Part shown: positions 40,301 through 50,087 of the stretch, one piece after another
Numbering within the stretch: position 1 is the first letter of the stretch
How the letters are laid out: every line of letters begins with the position of its first letter
From: an uncultured Thermoleophilia bacterium
GTDB taxonomy: Bacteria; Actinomycetota; Thermoleophilia; UBA2241
Assembly: GCA_963715985.1 (NCBI GenBank)
Contig: CAVQSP010000011.1
Span: 320,001 to 384,000 of the forward strand
Direction of reading: 5' to 3'
DNA length: 64,000 bases
The notes under the pieces: model-generated
Databases searched by the model: none
Told to the model about the DNA's origin: nothing
What the model saw: only the letters and a program-made list of their open reading frames with translations
Made by a program: the position numbers and the translations under genes

Positions 40301-41878
40301 TCAGCACTCCCCTGCGTCGCGCTCGCAGGCCAGGCGGTCGCCGAGCACCTCGATGCGCCGGTCGATCTCGTCCAGCAGATCGTCGGCGGCCGCGGCCGCC
40401 AGCACACCGGCGCCGCGCAACGCCCGTACGCGGCGCCGCTGGGCGACGAGCGCGCCGATGCGATCGGCGAGCTTCTCCTCCTCCCCTTCGGCCGGTTCGT
40501 CCGCCACCGGGTCCATGCCCTCGAGCAGCACCGCCTCCTGCTCCTCGATGGGCCGCTCCAGGTGGCGGCGCTCCGCCCGCGGCAGCTGCCCCGCCTCCTG
40601 CAGCCGCTCCAGCTCCTCGTGGGCGACCACGAACCCCTGGAGCAGGGCCTCACGGCGCTTCTGCTCCTCCCGCACTCCATCGCCCACCAGCTCGAGACGT
40701 CGCACCAGCCACGGGATGGTCAGCCCCTGGCCCACCAGCGACAGCAGCACCACGCCGAAGGTGACGACCTGCAGGGTCTCCGCCCCAGGCATGTCGCTCG
40801 GCAGCGTGAGCACCAGGGCCAGGGCGACGGTGCCGCGCAGGCCGCCCCAAACCAGCACGTGCTGCCACGACCAGGGGAGGCCGCGCCCGGCCAGCCGGGA
40901 GAACGCGCCGAAGCCGTAGATGGTCACGGCGCGGGCCGCCACCACCACGACGAAGGCGATCACGACGAGGCCGGCGTGCTCGACGACGCCGTGCAGGTCG
41001 ATGCGCAGGCCGATGAGCAGGAAGATGAGCGAGTTGGCCACGAAGGCGGCGTACTCCCACACCGTGTCCATGGTCACCCTGGTCACGGGGCTCATGGACC
41101 TGCGGCGGCCGACGCTACCCAGCACGAGGCCGGCGGCCACGCAGGCCACCACGCCGGACATGCCCAGCTGCTCGCCCAGCAGGAACGAGCCGAACGCCGC
41201 GATGGTCGAGAGGGTGATCTCGATGAGGTGCTCGTCGAGGAGGTGGAGCACCCAGGCAGCGGCGTACCCGACCGCGAGGCCGACGACGAGGCCACCGCCG
41301 GCCATCCAGACGAATCGCCAGACCGCGGCCGCGGGGCCCACCGCCGCGCCGTCCACCACGGCGGCCGTGACGATGGCGAACAGCACCGCCGCCGTGCCGT
41401 CGTTGAACAGGCTCTCGGCGTCCACCAGGGTGGTGAGCCGTGACGGGACGCCGAGGCGCCGGAAGAGCGCCGTCACGCTCACGGGGTCGGTGGCCGAGAT
41501 GAGGGCGCCGAACAGCAGCGCGGCGCCCCACGCCATGCCGCCGGCGAGGTGCACGCCCACGGCCGTGAGCGCGAAGGCCACCAGCACGCCGGGCACGGCG
41601 AGGATGAGCACCCTGCGCCAGTCGCTGATGAGGTGACGCGCCTCGAGCGCGAACGCGGCCTCGAACAGCAGCACCGGCAGGAACACGTAGAAGACGAGGT
41701 CGCTGGAGAGGCTGACGGCGGAGACGTGGGTCACCAGCCCGACGGCGAGGCCGACCAGGACCAGCCCGATGGTGTACGGAACGCCGGCGCGCCGCGCGAG
41801 GATGGCCACCGCCGCGGCGATCAGCAGCAGCGCGACGAGCGCCTCTTCGATGCTGGCCGCGTTGGCTGCGAGCAGCAC
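40301..41878 (-). CDS. Na+/H+ antiporter (CPA1 family)
   Basis: FLPVLLFEAA, ISATDPVSV, ESLFNDG, WGGLRG. Confidence 0.93.
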   Translation of the reverse strand: MLLAANAASIEEALVALLLIAAAVAILARRAGVPYTIGLVLVGLAVGLVTHVSAVSLSSDLVFYVFLPVLLFEAAFALEARHLISDWRRVLILAVPGVLVAFALTAVGVHLAGGMAWGAALLFGALISATDPVSVTALFRRLGVPSRLTTLVDAESLFNDGTAAVLFAIVTAAVVDGAAVGPAAAVWRFVWMAGGGLVVGLAVGYAAAWVLHLLDEHLIEITLSTIAAFGSFLLGEQLGMSGVVACVAAGLVLGSVGRRRSMSPVTRVTMDTVWEYAAFVANSLIFLLIGLRIDLHGVVEHAGLVVIAFVVVVAARAVTIYGFGAFSRLAGRGLPWSWQHVLVWGGLRGTVALALVLTLPSDMPGAETLQVVTFGVVLLSLVGQGLTIPWLVRRLELVGDGVREEQKRREALLQGFVVAHEELERLQEAGQLPRAERRHLERPIEEQEAVLLEGMDPVADEPAEGEEEKLADRIGALVAQRRRVRALRGAGVLAAAAADDLLDEIDRRIEVLGDRLACERDAGEC

Positions 41879-41912
41879 GGTCTCCTCCCCCGGGACCGGC
41901 GCCGCCGCCCGA

Positions 41913-42449
41913 CTACAGGCGGGTCATGCCGGCGAGAGCGTTCTGGAAGGCGGCCCGCGCCACGTCGTCGTGGACGCAGAACATCACGTGGCGCAGCGGC
42001 GTGCGCGGGTGTTCCTTGAGGTAGGCGACGGTCTCCGTGACCATGATGCTGGAGCACTGGTACTGGGGAAAGCCGCAGGCGCCGGTACCGAACGCGGGCA
42101 GGGCCACCGAGCGGGCGTGACACCGTTCCGCGCAGTCGAGGGCGCCGCGCGTGGCCTTGGCGATGAGAGCGCCGTTCGTCTGCGGCTCACCCTCGGTGAG
42201 CGCGACGTGGACGACCCAGCGGGCCTTGAGGCCGTGGCCGGTGGTGGCCACCGCCTCGCCGACCTCGATCGGACCCTGCAGCATGGCCTCGATCTCGATC
42301 GCCTCGCCGCCCGCGGCCTTGATGTCCGCGCCCACGCCGTGGTCCATCTCCAGCCGCGTCGACGAGAGCGTGGCGATGGCGTCCACCTCGAGCTTGGTGA
42401 TGTCGCTCTCGGCGACCTCGAGCTTGGTCTTGCGGACAGACGTCTTCAT
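41913..42449 (-). CDS. Macro domain protein (divergent active site)
   Basis: SDITKLEVDAI, GEAVATTG..LKARWVVH, SVALPAFGTGACG. Confidence 0.88.
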   Translation of the reverse strand: MKTSVRKTKLEVAESDITKLEVDAIATLSSTRLEMDHGVGADIKAAGGEAIEIEAMLQGPIEVGEAVATTGHGLKARWVVHVALTEGEPQTNGALIAKATRGALDCAERCHARSVALPAFGTGACGFPQYQCSSIMVTETVAYLKEHPRTPLRHVMFCVHDDVARAAFQNALAGMTRL

Positions 42450-42610
42450 GGTCCTCCAGCGGGCTCCGGGCGGGTGACGGATCGCCGCGATTATACCCGC
42501 CGAGCCGGCTGCGGCGCGCCGGCAGACGGCGCCGCTGCGATAGAATCCGCGCCCGGAGGGGTGAGACCATCTCGAGCACGACGCTCATCTGGGTAGGCGG
42601 CGGCTTCGCG

Positions 42611-43549
42611 ATGGCCGCGAGCTGGGGCGTGGTCGCGGTCGTCAACAAGTGGCTGCTCGCCTACGTCCACCCGGTGCCGCTCAACTTCCTCGTGCGCGCC
42701 ATCGCCGTCGCCGGCCTGCTGCTCATCACGGTGCCGCTCACGGCGTTCCACCTGTGGCCCTACGGGTTCGGCATCGACCTGGAGAGCTTCCTCCTCATCA
42801 TCGCCTCGGCGTCGTTCACGTGGCTGGTGGGCTTCACCGCCTACACGTACGCGCTGCGCGCCGGGCGCGTGGGCATCGTCACGCCGCTCACCAGCACCGA
42901 TCCGCTGTGGGCGGCCCTCTTCTCGCTCGTGCTCATCGGCTCCGTGCTGCACATCTCCACGCTGGCCGGCATGGCCGTCACGTTCGCCGGCGTCATCCTG
43001 CTCTCCCGCTGGCTCGGCGACAGCGCCGCCGCCGCGGGGGCACCGGACGAGGTGGCGGTGGGGGCCGGCCCGGGCCGCAGCACGGCGCGGGGCCGCGAGA
43101 CGACGGCCGTGGTCGGACTCGCCCTCGGCGCGGCCGCGGCGTGGGGGCTCTCGCCGGTGCTCGTACAGATGGCCGAGGAGGCCTACGGTGCCCCCAGCGC
43201 GTTCATGATGGTGGAGAGCCAGCTGGTGGGGGCGCTCGCCCTGGGGGCGTGGATCTGGTGGCGGCGGCGCCCGCTCTTCACCCGCCGCCTGGACGCGCCC
43301 GCCCGCCGCCGCGTCGCGCTGCTGCTGCTCGCCTCCGGCGCGCTCGAGGTCGTCTTCGCGGTGCTCTTCTACCTGGTCATCGACGAACTCGGCGCCGTGC
43401 TGGCCATGCTCCTCGCCGCCACGGCGCCGGTGTTCGGCGTGGTCGCCGGCATGGTGCTGCTCAAGGAGCGGCTCAGCGCCCGCCTGGTGCTGGCGATCGC
43501 GCTCACCATCGGCGGCGTGTTCGTCGCCACGGGGGCGCAGCTGCTCTGA
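42611..43549 (+). CDS. DMT/EamA family transporter (start may lie slightly upstream)
   Basis: Two EamA-like repeats, about 10 TM helices, LLKERL motif. Confidence 0.85.
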   Translation: MAASWGVVAVVNKWLLAYVHPVPLNFLVRAIAVAGLLLITVPLTAFHLWPYGFGIDLESFLLIIASASFTWLVGFTAYTYALRAGRVGIVTPLTSTDPLWAALFSLVLIGSVLHISTLAGMAVTFAGVILLSRWLGDSAAAAGAPDEVAVGAGPGRSTARGRETTAVVGLALGAAAAWGLSPVLVQMAEEAYGAPSAFMMVESQLVGALALGAWIWWRRRPLFTRRLDAPARRRVALLLLASGALEVVFAVLFYLVIDELGAVLAMLLAATAPVFGVVAGMVLLKERLSARLVLAIALTIGGVFVATGAQLL

Positions 43550-43766
43550 CCGCCCTCGGGTGGGCAGCCCTCCGCCGCCCTCCGCCGCCCTCGAGCGGGC
43601 GGCCTCCCGGCCGCCCGCCGCCCGCCATCCTCTCGACACGAGTCGCACGCTATGTTCGCATCGCGACATTCAAGAGAAAGCACCGTTGGAAGTACCACCT
43701 ATTGAATGAGCGAGGGCGAGCATGCTTACCGGCGCGGCCGCAGCGACTCGGCCAGCGCACACAGAA

Positions 43767-43798
43767 AGGGGCGGGCGGCCTTCCGGCCGCCCGCCCCT
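43767..43798 (-). terminator. Intrinsic terminator of the sdh operon
   Basis: 14-bp GC-rich stem, 4-nt loop, followed by a short T-rich tract on the minus strand. Confidence 0.8.
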
Positions 43799-43857
43799 CG
43801 TCCTTCTCGGCCTCATTGCGCCCGGCCGCGCCCCTCAGGCGGCTCCCGGCGCCCGTC

Positions 43858-44583
43858 TCACTTCGCCTTGCCGAACAGCCTCCGCCGCACGGCCGCCATC
43901 TTGAGCCACTGGATGCCCTCCGTCGGGTTGAGCTCCTTGGGGCAGGCCTCCACGCAGTTCGTGATGGTGTGGCAGCGGTAGGCACCGCGCTCGTTGTCCC
44001 AGCCGGGCATGCGCGCTTTGCCGGCCTCGTCGCGCGAGTCCACCTCGAAGCGGTAGGCCTTGAGCAGCGCCGCCGGGCCCATGTAGTTGTCCTCGGTCCA
44101 CACCGAGGGGCAGCTGCTGTAGCAGGCGCCGCAGAGGATGCAGTCGATGGGCATGTCCAGCTTGTGCCGGTCCTTGGGCGCCTGCAGGATCTCGCGCTCC
44201 GGCGGCGCCGAGTTGCGGATGAGCCACGGCTTGACGTACTCGTACTTGGCGAAGAAGTCCGTCATGTCGCAGACGAGGTCCGTGACCAGCGGCAGGTGCG
44301 GCATGGGCTCAACGGTGATCACGTCGGCGTGCACGTGCAGCACGTTGGTCTGGCAGGCCAGGCGGTAGCGCCCGTTGATGTACATGGCGCAGGACCCGCA
44401 CACGGCGGCGCGGCAGCAGTAGCGGAAGGAGAGCGAGCCGTCCAGGTGCTCCTGGATGTAGAACAGGGACTCGAGGACGGTGATGTGCGACTCGTAGGGC
44501 ACCACGAAGTCGTCGTAGCGCGCGGTCTTGCCGTCGTCGCGGGCGGGGTCGTAGCGCTTGATGTGGAGTTTGACCTCAGGCAT
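43858..44583 (-). CDS. sdhB: Succinate dehydrogenase/fumarate reductase Fe-S subunit
   Basis: CCRAAVCGSC, LAC, CILCGACYSSCP, CHTITNCVEACP. Confidence 0.95.
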   Translation of the reverse strand: MPEVKLHIKRYDPARDDGKTARYDDFVVPYESHITVLESLFYIQEHLDGSLSFRYCCRAAVCGSCAMYINGRYRLACQTNVLHVHADVITVEPMPHLPLVTDLVCDMTDFFAKYEYVKPWLIRNSAPPEREILQAPKDRHKLDMPIDCILCGACYSSCPSVWTEDNYMGPAALLKAYRFEVDSRDEAGKARMPGWDNERGAYRCHTITNCVEACPKELNPTEGIQWLKMAAVRRRLFGKAK

Positions 44584-46289
44584 CAGTACACACGCTCCTG
44601 CGGCTCGAAGGTCCCCAGGGTGACGGGCTTGTAGGTGAGGTGCGGTCCCTCCCGCGTGTAGGTGGCCATCGTGTGCTTGAGCCAGGTCTCGTCGTCGCGC
44701 TTGGGATAGTCGGTGCGCGCGTGCGCGCCCCGCGACTCGGTGCGGGCGATGGCTCCGGTGGCCACGGCGAGGGCGAGGTCCATCATGCCCTCCAGCTCCA
44801 TGGTGCGCATCATGTCCAGGTTGAACACGCCGCCGGAGTTGCGCAGGCCGATGCGCGAGCAGCGCTCCTTGAGCTTGAGCAGGCGCTCCAGACCCTCGCG
44901 CATCTGGCGGTCGTCGCGGAACACGCCGAAGTGCTCCTTCATGGTGGTCGTCATCTGCTCGCGGATGTCGTAGGGGTCCTCCCCGTCCGCGCCGCGCGCG
45001 GCGAGGGCGGCCACGCGCGCCTCCGTAGCGGCAAGCGCCTCGCGGGCGGCGGCGGAGGCGTCGCCGCCGCCGGCGCCGCCCAGGAGGGCGGCGGCCACGG
45101 CGGCGCCGGAGCGCCGCCCGAAGACGATCGTCTCGAGCAGCGAGTTGCCGCCCAGGCGGTTGGCGCCGTGCACGCTCACGCAGGCGCACTCGCCGGCCGC
45201 GTACAGGCCGGGCATGACCGTGCGCCCGTCCACGTCGGTGTCGATGCCGCCCATCGAGTAGTGCTGGCTGGGTACGATGGGCACGGGCTCCTCGACGGGA
45301 TCGACGCCCTCGAAGTGGATGGCGAGGTCGCGGATGCCGGGCAGGCGCTCCTTGATGCGCTCCGCGCCCAGATGCCGCAGGTCGAGGTGCACATAGCCTT
45401 GGCCGTTGATGCCGCGGCCCTCGTTGATCTCCGTCTGGATGGCGCGCGCCGTGATGTCGCGCGGGGCGAGCTCCATGGCTTTGGGCGCGTAACGCGCCAT
45501 GAAGCGCTCGCCCTCGCCGTTGACCAGGTACGCGCCCTCGCCGCGGGCGCCCTCGCTCATGAGGATGTTGGTGGTGAGCAGGCCCGTGGGGTGGATCTGC
45601 ACGAACTCCATGTCCTCGATGGGCACGCCGGCGTGGTAGCACATCGCCGCCCCGCCGCCGGTGCTGATGATGGCGTTCGTCGTGTTGCTGTACAGGCGGC
45701 CGGCGCCGCCGGTGGCCATGACCACGGCGTCGGCCGTGAACGTCTCGAAGCGGCCGCGGATCATGTCGTAGGCCACCACGCCGCGGCAGGCGCCGTCCTG
45801 CACGATGAGGTCGGTGACGAACACCTCGATGTACATCTTCACCTGGCGCTCGTAGGCGCGCTCCACGAGGCAGTGCAGCAGGTAGTGGCCGGTCTTGTCG
45901 GCGCCGTAGCAGGTGCGGGGGAAGCCGGCGCCGCCGAAGGGCCGCTGGGCGATGCGCCCGTCGTCGAAGCGGCTGAACGGGCAGCCCCAGTGGTCCATCT
46001 CGAAGATGACGCCCGGCGCGTCCTTGGTCATCTGGATGGCGGCGTCCTGGTCGGCCAGGTAGTCGGAGCCCTTGACGGTGTCGAAGGCGTGCTTCTCGGG
46101 CGTGTCGTCGTGGCCGTCGGGGTGGTTGGCGAGCGCCGCGTTGATGCCGCCCTGCGCGGCCCCGGAGTGACTGCGCCCGGGGTGCACCTGGCTGAGGATG
46201 GCCACGTCCAGGCCGTCGGCCTTGGCCTCCACGGCGGCGCGGAGCCCTGCGAGCCCGCCGCCGACGACGATCAGCTGATGGTGCGGCAT
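44583..46289 (-). CDS. sdhA: Succinate dehydrogenase/fumarate reductase flavoprotein
   Basis: GGGLAG, RSHSGAAQGG, QRPFGG, QIHPTG, HGANRLGGNSL, ESRGAH. Confidence 0.96.
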   Translation of the reverse strand: MPHHQLIVVGGGLAGLRAAVEAKADGLDVAILSQVHPGRSHSGAAQGGINAALANHPDGHDDTPEKHAFDTVKGSDYLADQDAAIQMTKDAPGVIFEMDHWGCPFSRFDDGRIAQRPFGGAGFPRTCYGADKTGHYLLHCLVERAYERQVKMYIEVFVTDLIVQDGACRGVVAYDMIRGRFETFTADAVVMATGGAGRLYSNTTNAIISTGGGAAMCYHAGVPIEDMEFVQIHPTGLLTTNILMSEGARGEGAYLVNGEGERFMARYAPKAMELAPRDITARAIQTEINEGRGINGQGYVHLDLRHLGAERIKERLPGIRDLAIHFEGVDPVEEPVPIVPSQHYSMGGIDTDVDGRTVMPGLYAAGECACVSVHGANRLGGNSLLETIVFGRRSGAAVAAALLGGAGGGDASAAAREALAATEARVAALAARGADGEDPYDIREQMTTTMKEHFGVFRDDRQMREGLERLLKLKERCSRIGLRNSGGVFNLDMMRTMELEGMMDLALAVATGAIARTESRGAHARTDYPKRDDETWLKHTMATYTREGPHLTYKPVTLGTFEPQERVY

Positions 46290-46299
46290 GCCGTCCTCC

Positions 46300-46668
46300 T
46301 CAGCTCACCCAGACCCAGAGGGCCCAGGTCCCGAAGATGACGGCGGCCACACCGACGAGCCACAGCACGACGTCGAAGACGCGCCGGCCACCGCTGTTGG
46401 CGAGGCCCCAGTCCAGCACGACCATGCGCAGGCCGTTGAGGCCGTGAAAGACGACGGCGAAGAGCAGCACCAGGTCGTTGGCGACCACCACGCCGGCGGC
46501 GAGGCGGTCGCCGATGTTGTCGAAGGAGAGCTCACCGATGGCGATGTAGTGCGTGAGCACCAGGTGGATCATGATCGTGACGATGACGAGCACCGCGGTG
46601 ATGCGCTGGCCCAGCCAGGGCCACATGCCGCCGCGGCTGCCGTCGACGGCTTCTGTCCTCAATGCCAT
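46300..46668 (-). CDS. sdhD: Succinate dehydrogenase membrane anchor subunit
   Basis: WLGQRITA, IHLVLTH, FHGLNGLR; three TM helices. Confidence 0.88.
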   Translation of the reverse strand: MALRTEAVDGSRGGMWPWLGQRITAVLVIVTIMIHLVLTHYIAIGELSFDNIGDRLAAGVVVANDLVLLFAVVFHGLNGLRMVVLDWGLANSGGRRVFDVVLWLVGVAAVIFGTWALWVWVS

Positions 46669-46678
46669 GCCAGCCCCC

Positions 46679-47068
46679 TCAGCCCAGGACGAACGAAGAG
46701 GCCCTGACGGCGAATACGCACAGCGCGATCGCCGCCACCAGCATGCAGACCCAGAAGACGGCCTTGTGCTGCCTGATACCCACACCGACGTCCATGAGGA
46801 TGATGCGCACCCCGTTCAGGGCGTGGTAGAGCACCGCCGCCACGAGCATGAGGTCGAGGAAGACCAGCAAGGGCCGGTCGAAGAACTCGAAGAGGTTGTC
46901 GATCGACTCCGGGCCGCCGATGCGCCCCTGGGAGATCACCCAGAGGTGGACGAACAGGTAGAAGACCAGCACCAGGCCGCTGATGCGGAAGAGCATCCAG
47001 GCCCACATGCCTATGCCCTTCCACAACCCCGCGCCGACGTTGGCCGTCTCGCGCTCCTTCACGCTCAA
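46679..47068 (-). CDS. sdhC: Succinate dehydrogenase cytochrome b subunit
   Basis: GMWAWMLFRISG, FVHL, YHALNGVRIILMD; GAGGAGG RBS and TTG start. Confidence 0.9.
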   Translation of the reverse strand: MSVKERETANVGAGLWKGIGMWAWMLFRISGLVLVFYLFVHLWVISQGRIGGPESIDNLFEFFDRPLLVFLDLMLVAAVLYHALNGVRIILMDVGVGIRQHKAVFWVCMLVAAIALCVFAVRASSFVLG

Positions 47069-47244
47069 GACAGGCACCTCCTCGGGTGACGCAGAGATGG
47101 TGAGACCGGGGTGAGACGCTCCCTCCGGCGACAATCGTAGCCCTTCGCAGCTGAGGCAGGCAACGGCCCCCCACGCCAGGTCCTCGCCCCCCCGCACATC
47201 TCCCGTCTGGCTCACATGCGAGACGGTCGCGGCTCGGCTGCGCG

Positions 47245-47275
47245 ATTATGATATCTGCATATCGAATCTTGACAA
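47245..47275 (-). promoter_or_regulatory. Putative sdh promoter with internal palindrome
   Basis: Minus strand TTGTCA-19 bp-CATAAT; GATAT-ctgc-ATATC at 47250-47263. Confidence 0.5.
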
Positions 47276-47405
47276 GCAGCCGCGATACCGCCGTGCGCTG
47301 TGGCTCGACGCCCAGAGCGGTCCGTTGCACGCGAACGGCCGCGGCCGCGGGCGTCGTTCTGGCCGCGGCCGCGGCCACTCACGCACATCCTCCGGGCGCC
47401 CCGCG

Positions 47406-48458
47406 TCAGGTCAGGTACGCGTTGAGGGGATAGGTCCTGTACTCGGCGATCGGCTGCTTCTCCGTAGTCACGAACCCCGACTCGGCCTCCACCAGCGAGG
47501 GCAGCCGGTTCACGATGCTCGCGCACGTGTACTCCACCGTGGCCGGCTCCTTGATGCTGCAGTGCGTGTCGGGCTCCCCGAGGATGTCCCAGTCGCAGCG
47601 GTCGGTCTCTCCGGGCGCGTACACCTTGCCGATGCAGTGCGTCACGATCACCGGCCCCTGGAAGGTCTCCGTGGTGACGCAGGCGTCCATGCCGGTGGCG
47701 TATCCCTTCTTCACGGTCTCGCCGAGCGTGCTCGACACCAGGTCCTCGTGGTGGAAGGTGGGGACGAGCTCCTGGGTCTGGGCCTTGATCGTCCACCCCA
47801 TGCGCGAGACGAGCCACTCGTTGGAGTTCCACACGTAGGCCGGCAGCGCCTCGGCTTCAGCGATCTCCTTCTGGAACTGCTCGGGGCTGAGGCCGGCGCC
47901 GTGCACCTTGGCCAGGGCGATACCGTAGTCCTCCACGTTGTAGCTGATCCAGCCCTCGATCTTGTCGACCCTGTGGTGCGCCCCCGCCATCACGACGAGG
48001 AGGTTGCCCCACCACACGTCCTGGTCGCCGCAGCCGCACAGGGTGCAGCCGTGCTCCTTGGCCACCTTGTCCAGCCGGTTGGTGATGGCCGGCGCGGTCG
48101 TCCACGGGTAGAACGACTCCTCGCAGGTGGAGATGGCGTTCACCCCGTGGCGAGCGGCGCGATCGAAGTACTCCTCCATGTCGCTCATGAGGCTGGCGAT
48201 GGCGATGATGGTGGCATCGGCGTCGCACTCGGCGAAGACGGCCTCGGCATCGCTGCGCACGGGCACGTTCAACTTGAAGCCCAGACCGGCGACCTCGCCG
48301 GCGTCCTTGCCGACCAGCTCGGGGTCGTTGTCGATGGCCCCGACGATGTCGGCGCCCTTCTCGTAGAGATAGCGCAGGAAGATGCCGCCCATCTTGCCGC
48401 ACCCGTACTGGATCACGCGCAGGCGCGGCGCAAGACCACTGGCGTTCTTGCGTGACAT
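47406..48458 (-). CDS. DapB-like / 2,4-diaminopentanoate dehydrogenase-like oxidoreductase
   Basis: IQYGCGKMG, VGKDAGE, NAISTCEES.YPW, TCASIVNRLP. Confidence 0.82.
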   Translation of the reverse strand: MSRKNASGLAPRLRVIQYGCGKMGGIFLRYLYEKGADIVGAIDNDPELVGKDAGEVAGLGFKLNVPVRSDAEAVFAECDADATIIAIASLMSDMEEYFDRAARHGVNAISTCEESFYPWTTAPAITNRLDKVAKEHGCTLCGCGDQDVWWGNLLVVMAGAHHRVDKIEGWISYNVEDYGIALAKVHGAGLSPEQFQKEIAEAEALPAYVWNSNEWLVSRMGWTIKAQTQELVPTFHHEDLVSSTLGETVKKGYATGMDACVTTETFQGPVIVTHCIGKVYAPGETDRCDWDILGEPDTHCSIKEPATVEYTCASIVNRLPSLVEAESGFVTTEKQPIAEYRTYPLNAYLT

Positions 48459-48951
48459 GAGACTGCCCCTTTCTCGCCGCTCAGGCCGGCCCGGTGCGGG
48501 CCGGCCCCTCTGCCCGGGTCGCGAACACCTCCGCACGCGCCCGGGCGATGTCGGTCTCGGTGATCTCACCCCCTCCTCAAGTCCGCTGAGCCGGGGAACG
48601 ACGCAACCCGGCGGGTCCGTCACGGACTGCCACGCTCGCCGCGGGCTCCGCACGCCGGCTTCGTTCTCGGCCGCCGGAGCTGATGCTTGCGCCCTCGACC
48701 ACGCTGTTACCGATGCGGCGGCTGCCGCCTGGTAGCTCAGAAGCGATCAGGAGCTGAGGGACCCGCGATGGCAGCACCTGCGTCCGCCGCAAGAGCACCC
48801 AGCTCGCCGTGGAGGCGCGCGCGCAGCCCCACGGCCACGCCCCGGCACCTGCCGTTTCGCGCTCCCTCTGGCTCACGACCTGCACCTCCTCGAGCGTCAC
48901 GATGACGCGAGTCGGCGACGCGGGGTGAGGCGATGCCCCCCGCTTGTCAGC

Positions 48952-49857
48952 CTAGCGCGCGCCCGTGACGGCGCACAGCGGCAGATGACGGACGGGAGGC
49001 ACAAAGATGAGCGAGCCGGCGCACCGTCGCGGCGCGTGCCTCAGCGGCCGCGGCGCCGCTTGCGCCCGCCGCGCGGGCGCTGCTTCGGCGCCGCTCCGGC
49101 GGCCCCGGCCGGGGCGCACCACCGGCACGCCCGCGTCCACGGCGGCGCGGATGCGCGCGGTGCGCAGGCGCTCCCACACGGCCAGCAGGAGCTGAGCCGC
49201 CGCGATCAGCGCCACGAGCACGGCGAGCCCCGCCGTCGAGGAGTCCAGCGCCCAGTACACGAGCACGCCGCCGGCGAGCACCAGGAACTGCAGCAGGAAG
49301 AGACGGCGCAGCGGCACCGCCACAACGGCGGCCGGCGGCATGAACGCCGCCTCGTCGCCACGCACCCAGTCCCACCAGTAGGTGAAGGCGCGCACCGCCG
49401 CGAAGGCCGCGATGAGCGCCCAGAACTGCCATTCGAAGAACGCAGCGTAGACGTCCGTCGGAGCCTCGCCGCCGGGCTTGAGCAGGCGGCCGCTGAAGAC
49501 CATGTAGAGGATCAGCAGCATGGCGAACACGACAACGAAGTACGTCTTCACGAATTCGCTGACCAGCACGCGGTCCTTGCCGGCCTCGTCGCCGCCGCCC
49601 CGCGCCTGCCGGGCGCGGAGCCACACAAAGAGACCGTCGGCGGCGCCGTCGGCGACGTAGAGAAAGGCGACGGCCAGCACGCTCCAGTCCCGCGCCAGCA
49701 CGCCCCACAGGGGCGCGAGCGATACGGCCGCGATGAGCACGAGACTTGGCGCCGCGCGCAACAGGACGGGTGCGCCGGTGCCGGCGGGCTGCGCGGCGCG
49801 CGTGTCCGCCGGCGCTGCCTGCGCGCGCGAGTCCGCCGGCGGGTCGGTGCGGGGCAT
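48952..49857 (-). CDS. Membrane protein (DUF6498-like)
   Basis: PLWGVLARDW...FLY, about 6-7 TM helices, PLRRLFLLQF. Confidence 0.65.
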   Translation of the reverse strand: MPRTDPPADSRAQAAPADTRAAQPAGTGAPVLLRAAPSLVLIAAVSLAPLWGVLARDWSVLAVAFLYVADGAADGLFVWLRARQARGGGDEAGKDRVLVSEFVKTYFVVVFAMLLILYMVFSGRLLKPGGEAPTDVYAAFFEWQFWALIAAFAAVRAFTYWWDWVRGDEAAFMPPAAVVAVPLRRLFLLQFLVLAGGVLVYWALDSSTAGLAVLVALIAAAQLLLAVWERLRTARIRAAVDAGVPVVRPGRGRRSGAEAAPARRAQAAPRPLRHAPRRCAGSLIFVPPVRHLPLCAVTGAR

Positions 49858-50087
49858 GGCTCCTCTGGTCCGGGCGCTTGGGCCGGCGGGCGCCGGCAAC
49901 GGTCGCGCACAGCGTACGCGGGGCGCCCGGCAAAGGCAACGCGGCCGGGCCTCACGCTCGCGCCCCGCCCGCCCCTCGCGGCCGCCGCGCTCTCGCGAGA
50001 CAGACCGCCCGCGCCGATGATAGGTTGAGGCCGCCCTCGTACCGGCCGGGGCGGCCGGCGCATGTAGCCACCACAGCGGAGAGGACC

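Noticed and set aside
48560-48720. Lysine riboswitch, T-box or cobalamin riboswitch
   Set aside because: Only a GAGGGCGC-like fragment matches; other conserved elements were not found.
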